64,000 nucleotides of DNA from an uncultured Actinomycetota bacterium (GTDB lineage: Bacteria; Actinomycetota; Actinomycetes; Actinomycetales; Microbacteriaceae): positions 8,548 through 72,547 of the forward strand of contig CAVVSI010000006.1 in NCBI GenBank assembly GCA_963750955.1. Reading direction: 5' to 3'. The notes beneath the pieces are model-generated. The model was not told where the DNA came from. It was given only the letters and a program-made list of their open reading frames with translations, and made no database searches. Both the position numbers and the translations under genes were made by a program. Below are positions 57,407-64,000 of the stretch, piece after piece; the first letter of the stretch is position 1, and the number at the start of each line of letters is the position of its first letter.

Positions 57407-59557
57407 TCAGGTGACCCGCAGCTCCACCGACTGCGTCCGCTCGAGCGAGCCGCCGATGTGGAAGCGGAAGACACCCGGCTCGACGACGAACGCCGGGCCT
57501 GCGGCATCCGTCTTCCAGAACCCGAGCTGCTCGCGCCCGATCGTGAACTCGAAGGTCTCCGTCCGGCCGGCCGCGATGCTGCGCCGCTCGAACCCGATGA
57601 GTCGCCGCACCGGCGGGGCGACACTGGCGACCAGATCGTGGACGTACAGCTGGACCACCTCGTCACCATCGCGTTCCGCGGTGTTCGTCACGTCGACGCC
57701 GATCGTCACACCCGTGCCGAGCTGTGCCGCACTCACCTCAGCGGCTGAGATCCGCGGCGGCCCGTGTGCGAAGGTGGCATATCCGGAGCCGTGTCCGAAC
57801 GCGAACTGCGGGCCGAGGTCGAGGTCGAGGTACTTCGAGGTGTACTTCTCCTGCACGTTGTCGGGACCGTGCAGGCCGATGTCAGCGGACTCCAGCTCGA
57901 GCGATCCCCGCACCGTCGCGGGGCGGCCGGTGTTCTCGTGCGCGTAGTAGATCGGCACCTGGCCCGCTGAGCGCGGGAACGACATCGGCAGGCGACCCGC
58001 GGGCTCGCGCTCGCCGAGCAGCAGGTCGACGATGGCCGCGGGAGCCTCGGTCCCGCCGTGCCAGACCTCGAGCACCGACGGCGCCTGGTCGATCCAGTCG
58101 GCCACGACGAGCGGGCGTCCGTTCGCGAGGACGACGACGAACGGGATGCCGCACCCCGCGATCGCGCGGATGAGCTGGGCCTGCCGCCCGGGCAGCCGGA
58201 GGTCGCTCCGCGACGCCGCCTCGCCGGAGAGGGCAGACGGCTCGCCCACGCAGACCACCACCACATCGCAGTCGAGGGCAGCGGTGGCCGCCGCGTCGAT
58301 GTCGTCCGTCGCGGAGCCGAAGAAGGAGACTCCGGGGATGACGTGGACCTCGGCGCGCGGCAGCCGCGCACGCAGCTCGTCGGAAAGCGATCCCGAGGGG
58401 GTTGCGAAGGACTGCGTCCAGGCGCCCAGGTGATCCGTCGACTCGGCGTAGGGCCCGGTCAGCAGGATCCGGCTGGGCGATCGGAGCGGCAGCGTGCCGT
58501 CGTTGCGCAGCAGGACGGACGCGCGCGCCGCGGCGATGCGCACCTGTTCGCGCGCGCCCGCGCTCGATAGGGTCAGCTCGGCCTCCGCGTCCACATACGG
58601 GTCGTCGAACAGCCCGAGCGCCTCTTTCAGCCGGAGCACTCGTGCCACCGCGTCGTCGACGCGAGCGGGATCGAGCGAACCGGGCGCGGCCTCGGAGGGG
58701 GCGCCTCCCATCTCGACGTCCAGTCCCGCCGCGAACGACGCCTGAACGGCGGCGGCGAGGTTCTCCGCCACTCCGTGCGGGAGCAGGTTGCGCACGCCGT
58801 CCGCATCGCCGACGACGACGCCGCCGAACCCCCACTCTGTCTTGAGCACGTCGGTCATGAGCGCGCGATTGGCGTGCATCGGCACCCCTGCGACGGTGTT
58901 GAAAGACGCCATGACCGACGCGACACCGGCATCCACGGCGGCGCGGAACGGTTCCAGGTAGACGTTGCGCAGGCGATGCTCCGACACATCGACGGCGTTG
59001 TAGTCGCGTCCGCCCTCGGGTTGCCCATAGGCGACGAAGTGCTTCGCGGTCGCCGCTATCGCGTCATGTGCAGAGAGGTCCTCACCCTGATATCCGCGCA
59101 CCATCGCCGCGCCCAGAACGGAGGTGAGGTGCACATCCTCGCCGAAGCCCTCGACCGCCCGCCCCCACCGCGGATCGCGGGAGATGTCGACCATGGGCGA
59201 GAAGGTCCAGGTGACGCCCGCCGACCGCGCTTCGAGAGCGGCGAGCCGAGCGAGGTCCTCGACCACGGCCGGGTCGAAGGTCGCGGCCATCGCGAGCGGG
59301 ACCGGTGCGATCGTGCGGTGCCCGTGGATCACGTCGAGCCCGATGAGGATCGGGATGCCGAGCCGGGTCTCCTCGACGGCTGCACGCTGCAGGTCGTTCG
59401 CCGCCGCGGCGGAGCGCGGCCAGAACATCGACCCGATGCCGGCACGGACGAGGGATGCCGCATCCTCGAGCCGCGGACGGAAGACGATCTGCAGCTGGCC
59501 GATCTTCTCCTGCCACGTCATCTGCTGCAGGAGCGCCTGCACGCGGGGCGTGGTCAT
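57407..59557 (-). CDS. GH3 beta-glucosidase (BglX-like)
   Basis: 716 aa. ...GLDVIHGH..., ...SPMVDISRDPRWGR..., ...KHFVAYG... plus a C-terminal fibronectin-like domain. Confidence 0.85.
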   Translation of the reverse strand: MTTPRVQALLQQMTWQEKIGQLQIVFRPRLEDAASLVRAGIGSMFWPRSAAAANDLQRAAVEETRLGIPILIGLDVIHGHRTIAPVPLAMAATFDPAVVEDLARLAALEARSAGVTWTFSPMVDISRDPRWGRAVEGFGEDVHLTSVLGAAMVRGYQGEDLSAHDAIAATAKHFVAYGQPEGGRDYNAVDVSEHRLRNVYLEPFRAAVDAGVASVMASFNTVAGVPMHANRALMTDVLKTEWGFGGVVVGDADGVRNLLPHGVAENLAAAVQASFAAGLDVEMGGAPSEAAPGSLDPARVDDAVARVLRLKEALGLFDDPYVDAEAELTLSSAGAREQVRIAAARASVLLRNDGTLPLRSPSRILLTGPYAESTDHLGAWTQSFATPSGSLSDELRARLPRAEVHVIPGVSFFGSATDDIDAAATAALDCDVVVVCVGEPSALSGEAASRSDLRLPGRQAQLIRAIAGCGIPFVVVLANGRPLVVADWIDQAPSVLEVWHGGTEAPAAIVDLLLGEREPAGRLPMSFPRSAGQVPIYYAHENTGRPATVRGSLELESADIGLHGPDNVQEKYTSKYLDLDLGPQFAFGHGSGYATFAHGPPRISAAEVSAAQLGTGVTIGVDVTNTAERDGDEVVQLYVHDLVASVAPPVRRLIGFERRSIAAGRTETFEFTIGREQLGFWKTDAAGPAFVVEPGVFRFHIGGSLERTQSVELRVT

Positions 59558-59578
59558 CGCTCACCTCTCCTCAAACGA

Positions 59579-59651
59579 CCGCGAGACTGCATCCGCACGT
59601 CGAGACCGTGGGTGATACCCGCAGTCTCGACGCGCAGTTGCAGTCTCGCGG
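59579..59651. repeat. 73-bp nested-hairpin repeat, copy C
   Basis: CCGCGAGACTG-N8-CGTCGAGACCG-N15-GTCTCGACG-N10-GTCTCGCGG. The inner arms changed in a complementary way. Confidence 0.8.
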
Positions 59652-59663
59652 AACAGCTGGGGG

Positions 59664-60966
59664 CTACTCGCCCCAGGCCGCGTCCATCTCCTCGAGCACC
59701 TGGTCGACCGTCTTCTGACCGGTCAGCAGGCCCTGGACGCCGATGCCGAGAGTGTCGTAGACGGCCGGGTTCGGCCACGTCGCGTTGGGCAGGCCGGCGA
59801 ACGCGCCGGTCTCCAGCAGCCCGGCGATCGGCTCGTATACGGCGTTGACGTTGTCCGGCGTCGCTCCCGAGATCGGCACGAAGCCGGAGAGGTCGGCGAA
59901 CTGCTGAGCCTGCTCGGGCTCGGCGAGCCAGTCGAGGAAGGTCTGCGCGGAAGCCTTCACGTCATCCTCGGACGAAGCGTTGATGGCCCACGCGTAGTTG
60001 GCCGAGGCCAGCGTGTACGGCTCCTGGCCATCCGCAGGCGGGAACGCCTGGACGGTGAGGTCCAGACCGGTGCCGGCTCCGATCGAGATCGCGGCGGAAC
60101 CCGGGACGGCCGCGGTGAGCGACGTCGGCCGAACCGATGTTCTGGGTGATCGTGTCGAACGTGCCGCCCGCGACGCCGTCCTGGAAGCAGCCGCCCTCGT
60201 TGAGCGCGATGATGTCGTTGAGCGTGTCCTCCCAGCCGCTGCCGACGAAGGTCACATCGCCTGCCGCGCGCTGCTCGTTCCAGTCGGGGTCCGCCTGGTA
60301 GACGCGGGTCGCCGAGACGAGCATGGAGAACAGGCCCGTGTTGAACGGGATCGCGCCGGCGAGAACGGTGAAGGTCTTGCCGCCGTCGCGCGCCGCGGTG
60401 CACGCCTCGAGCAGCTCGTCGAACGTCTCGGGGTAGGCCTCGACGCCCACCTCTTCGCCGCCGGCGCCGTTGTAGATCAGGCCGACGGGCGCGAGCGCGG
60501 TCGGCTGACCGTAGATCTCACCGTCCACCTCGTAGAGGTTCTCGGTGCCTTCGGGGATGACGCCCGCCGACGCCTCGTCGAGGGGCTCCAGGAAGCCCGC
60601 CTCGGCGAGGGTCACGACCGAGATGGCCTGGCCGGTGCCCGGGGCGAGGACCATCATGTCCGCGGCGTTCCCGGCCTGCAGCTGGGTGGTGACCTGCGTG
60701 TTGTAGGCGTCGGAGGGGTAGGGGATCATCTCGATCTCCACGCCCGTCTCTTCGGTGTACGCCTCTGCCATCTGCGCGTAGTAGTCGTCGGCGTCGTTCG
60801 CCTGCGCGACCATGATCGAGAAGCCGACGCCTTCGGCGGGCGCGTCGGTGTCGCCGCCGCCGCCGTCATCGGTCGAGCCGGAGCAGCCGGCGAGGATCAG
60901 GGCACCGGCCACCGGCGCTGCGAGGAGCAGCCACCGGCGGTTGCGGTGAGTGGAGAGCTGTGACAT
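59664..60966 (-). pseudogene. sugar ABC transporter substrate-binding lipoprotein, 1-nt frame shift
   Basis: Signal ...LLLAAPVAGALILAGC-SGS. Body in ORF 59962..60966 up to ...TQNIGSADV. Continues as LTAAVPGSAAISIGAGTGLDLTVQAF...VKASAQTFLDWL... in the frame of ORF 59664..59960. They join if C 60120 (top strand) is removed. Confidence 0.75.
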
Positions 60967-61059
60967 GTCGAACCTTTCGTGACGTCATTGTCGCCAGCGG
61001 GTGCAGCTGGCTCGGCTCGGGGGCCGCACATCCACCATCGCACCATTTGCATCATTCCG

Positions 61060-61078
61060 ACATAACCATCCCTTATGT
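61060..61078. promoter_or_regulatory. ACATAA-N7-TTATGT inverted repeat upstream of the sugar SBP gene
   Basis: 6-bp arms in the only AT-rich stretch of the 60967-61124 intergenic region. Confidence 0.3.
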
Positions 61079-61124
61079 GCGGCAATTGACGCGCTGATCC
61101 CTTGTGAGGCGGGTAGGACCCGCG

Positions 61125-63980
61125 TCAGCCGGCGAGGTGGAGAGACACTCGACCCCGCAGACCCGCGTCCAAGGGAGTCGCCGCGGCTTCGAAGACCTGC
61201 GTCATGGGCGCGAAGATCGAGCCGCTCGGCGAAACCGCCTCGGCGATGAGCCGGTTGCGCCAGGGGGTCGCGACCTGGATGACGAGGCGGTTCGTGCCTG
61301 CGCGAACAGCCGCCGTGACGTCGACGCGGAACGGGGGCGTCCAGAGCACACCGCAGTCCTGACCGTTGAGCACCACGCGCGCGATGTCGCGCACCGACTC
61401 GACCTCGAGATGCAGCGATTCGGAGCCCGCTTCACCTTCGCTCAGCGTGAAGTCATGGTGGTACTCCGCAGTCCCCGAAAACCCGCGCGGCGCGTCGCCG
61501 AAGTCGGTCCATGGCCGCGGGACGGGGGCCATGACGAGCGGCTCGTCGCTTCCCGGTATCACGACCCGCCACTGTCCATCCAGCGGGAGGCGGCGAATCG
61601 GTGCCTCATCCACTGGTGCGGAGCCTTCGAGCAGGAAGAGCGAGCCGAAGGGCGGCAGCGTGACGGCGAACGCCGCACCCGTCGTGCCGGTTCGCTCCAG
61701 CGGCAGCCGGCGCACGAGGGCGGGATCCCACGCCACCAGATCCGCAACGTTCGCCGGCGTGAGCCGCAGCTTCACCTCGTCGGCCGACGGGTTCGCCACG
61801 AACGTGATCCGTTCTCCGTCGACCAGCCGCGCGATCCGGCGCACGGGCCCGCCCTCGATCTCCAGCGCAGGGCGGATGCCCAGGTCGGCGAGCGCCGTGG
61901 CCACATCCGTCGCGAGCACCCGGCCCGAGCCCCACAGGCGATCGCACACCGCCCGGAACGCCTCCGGATCGTCTGCGAGCGAGGGCGAAGACTCGGGGCG
62001 GATGCCGACGACCGTCGCACCGGCATCCACGAGCCTCTCCACCTGCGCCAGGGCAGCCAGCGTCATGCGCCGGGTGGAGCCGCCCAGGTGGAGGAACCGG
62101 TAGCTCGCCCCGTCGGACACCAGCTCGCCGTCCTGCACGCGGAGGACATCGGCGAGCGCATCGGCCCCGACGTAGTCGAAATCGAACCCGGCCGGCACCG
62201 ATGCGTCGAGTGCGTCGGCGAACAGTCCGGTCAACGGAGCCTCCTCGCCGATGAAGACGGCGATGTCCACAGCGGGACGGCCCGCGCTCAGCAGCGCGCT
62301 GCACCGGGAGAGATAGTCGATCCACGGCCGCGCCATGTCCGCCCAGGTCTCGGTGACGGTGAACGCCTGCCCGAGGAACGGCGCCAGCGCGATGCCCGGA
62401 GCGGGTGCCGAGAGCGGCTGATGGGGGGAGGTGTGGATGCAGAACCGCGTCACCCCGAGCGAGAGCTGCAGGTCGGCGATGTGCTTGAGCGTGCGCGGCG
62501 ACCACGACCAGGGGTTGTCGAAGGAGGTGAACGCCTCACTGCCGGTCCACGCCTTTCCGTACACGTGCGCGACGGATGACGCGCCCTTGAGGTCGGCGAC
62601 GTACGTGGGACGCGGTCCCTCCTCAGGAGCGAACGTCCACATCGCACCCATCGGAGCGTCGGCATGCGACCGCATGGCGAGGTCGTCGCCGAGCTGCGGG
62701 CGCCCGTCCTCGAGGGCTTCGGCGTAGTACGTCATGCCCCGCCGGTGCGCTTCGCCCGCGAGAGTGCCGTAATACCCGTCGGCGAGGAGCTCCGCGAGCG
62801 TCCGCCGGTAGTCGAACAGGAATCGATCGGATGCGGCAGCGCCGCCCACGAGATAACCGGCGAGCGCCGGCAGCCACAGGAGCGGGTCATAGCCGCGACG
62901 GGCCGCGAACTGCTCGCGCACCCCGTCGGTCCAGTTCTGCGGACCCGCCTCGATGCTGTCGCTGAGGAGCGCCGAGAAGCGGGACGAGCCCGACGCGGTT
63001 CCGGGTCGATCCCCGAATCGCGTGAGGTGGGTGTCCAGATAGGCGGCGACACGCTCCCCATCGAGCTTGTCGACCTCGAGGCCCGTCGAATCCGCGGGAG
63101 CTGGACCGTTCGTCTGCCCGGTCAGCGACGCACCGAAGCGCAGAACGCGCCAGCGGCCCGGCGGGGCGTCCCAGCGGAGGACGCCGTCGGAGACGAGAGA
63201 CGTGAGCTCGATCACCCGGCCGGCATCGACGGTGCCGGCATCCGCTCGAGGGTCCGTGTCCGCGGCGTAGTAGTCCGTGACCACACCGAAGCCGGCCTTC
63301 ACCTCGGCGTGGTGCACCCGACCGCCGGTGCGCAGCGCGAACTCGGAGATCAGGAATTCGTGCGAGCGGCGCAGCACGGGAGGAAGCCGCACACCGTCCG
63401 CGACGGGCGGCAGCGCCTCGGCAGCGCTCGCGCCGGCAAGCACGAGACGGAATCGGCGGGCGGTGACGGGGGCGAAGCTCGCCGACCGCACGGGAACGGT
63501 CGAGGCCTCGAGCCGGGCGACGTCGCGGTACTCGACGCCGTCGTCGCCGGCCTGGAGCACCGCCTCGGGCGGGGGCGCCGCGCCGAATCCGCGCGGTCCG
63601 GGCAGACCGACCACGACCGATCGCACCGTGACGGGCTCGGGGAAGGACTGCTCGACCCAGGCCTGGGAGGCCGCGTCCGGATCGCGCGGCAGCGAGAGCG
63701 TCGTCCCGAACGCGCCGTCGACGAGACATGACCAGTCGTCCACCGCGGCGGATGCAGAAACCTCGGCCGGGTTCAGGACGTCCAGCACAGGGTCGTGGGG
63801 CACGGCCACGACGACCCAGTCCGTCGCGAAAGGCGCGGCATCCGATCCTCCCCACCGCGGGCTGTCCTGGTAGAGCCCGGCGACGGAGGGGAGGGGAGGG
63901 AGGGCGCACTCGACGCGGCCCCCACCCTCGAGGACGGTCTCGGCCCACACGACCTTCTTCATCGCATCGTCGGGTCGCAC
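61125..63980 (-). CDS. large glycoside hydrolase, GH106-like (alpha-L-rhamnosidase type) with a C-terminal galactose-binding-like domain
   Basis: 951-aa ORF. ...TRFCIHTSPHQP... core and C-terminal ...FSGTAEYHHDF...VVLNGQDCGVLWTPPFRVDVT.... The frame stays open to the window end, so the 5' end may lie outside. Confidence 0.55.
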   Translation of the reverse strand: MRPDDAMKKVVWAETVLEGGGRVECALPPLPSVAGLYQDSPRWGGSDAAPFATDWVVVAVPHDPVLDVLNPAEVSASAAVDDWSCLVDGAFGTTLSLPRDPDAASQAWVEQSFPEPVTVRSVVVGLPGPRGFGAAPPPEAVLQAGDDGVEYRDVARLEASTVPVRSASFAPVTARRFRLVLAGASAAEALPPVADGVRLPPVLRRSHEFLISEFALRTGGRVHHAEVKAGFGVVTDYYAADTDPRADAGTVDAGRVIELTSLVSDGVLRWDAPPGRWRVLRFGASLTGQTNGPAPADSTGLEVDKLDGERVAAYLDTHLTRFGDRPGTASGSSRFSALLSDSIEAGPQNWTDGVREQFAARRGYDPLLWLPALAGYLVGGAAASDRFLFDYRRTLAELLADGYYGTLAGEAHRRGMTYYAEALEDGRPQLGDDLAMRSHADAPMGAMWTFAPEEGPRPTYVADLKGASSVAHVYGKAWTGSEAFTSFDNPWSWSPRTLKHIADLQLSLGVTRFCIHTSPHQPLSAPAPGIALAPFLGQAFTVTETWADMARPWIDYLSRCSALLSAGRPAVDIAVFIGEEAPLTGLFADALDASVPAGFDFDYVGADALADVLRVQDGELVSDGASYRFLHLGGSTRRMTLAALAQVERLVDAGATVVGIRPESSPSLADDPEAFRAVCDRLWGSGRVLATDVATALADLGIRPALEIEGGPVRRIARLVDGERITFVANPSADEVKLRLTPANVADLVAWDPALVRRLPLERTGTTGAAFAVTLPPFGSLFLLEGSAPVDEAPIRRLPLDGQWRVVIPGSDEPLVMAPVPRPWTDFGDAPRGFSGTAEYHHDFTLSEGEAGSESLHLEVESVRDIARVVLNGQDCGVLWTPPFRVDVTAAVRAGTNRLVIQVATPWRNRLIAEAVSPSGSIFAPMTQVFEAAATPLDAGLRGRVSLHLAG

Positions 63981-64000
63981 CCACGGTCCGCCGGCGGCAC

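Noticed and set aside
63960-64000. Exact start of the GH106-like gene (GTG at the ORF-track start versus ATG about 18 nt downstream).
   Set aside because: This cannot be resolved. The frame is open to the window edge and no RBS is obvious, so the gene may begin outside the window. The ORF-track coordinates are used.

Overview
High-GC (roughly 70%) actinobacterial chromosomal segment; a Microbacteriaceae-like origin is only an inference from sequence style. I call about 55 protein genes. I saw no rRNA, tRNA, CRISPR array, transposase or integrase. The window is a catabolic island for plant- and lignin-derived aromatics and glycosides.

Gene content, in order:
1. A Dpp-type ABC importer with a Gfo/Idh/MocA oxidoreductase and a CX5R phosphatase (0.5-8.2 kb).
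2. A minus-strand operon encoding the gallate/4-oxalomesaconate lower pathway (LmbE-type hydratase, RraA-type aldolase, PrpF-type tautomerase). It is combined with a XylE-like type I extradiol dioxygenase, a 2-hydroxyacid dehydrogenase and an HpcH aldolase (8.2-13.7 kb).
3. Three O-demethylation systems: two LigM/DesA-type tetrahydrofolate demethylases and a P450 with a PDR-type reductase (13.9-20 kb).
4. An IclR-controlled Liv-type ABC importer with bicupin, atypical SDR and amidohydrolase genes (23-32 kb).
5. A heavily frame-disrupted fused-E1/E2 2-oxoacid dehydrogenase operon (36.7-40.1 kb).
6. A disrupted pobA next to a complete pcaHGBDC-thioesterase-pcaIJF protocatechuate branch (40.9-51 kb).
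7. A tandem pair of fused beta-alpha C-glycoside-deglycosidase-like genes, followed by esterase, GH43, GH3, sugar-binding protein and a GH106-like hydrolase (52-64 kb).

Main observations:
- At least 17 frame-breaking lesions lie between 16.9 and 60.1 kb and none in the first 16.5 kb. I cannot tell from sequence alone whether they are real gene decay or assembly indels.
- Two families of about 75-bp nested-hairpin repeats occur in intergenic regions.
- Several operator-like palindromes recur at different promoters.
- The most novel-looking items are the fused, duplicated deglycosidase-like genes with no adjacent oxidase, and the gallate-type lower pathway driven by a non-LigB dioxygenase.

All functional calls come from reading the translations by eye. 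No database search was run.
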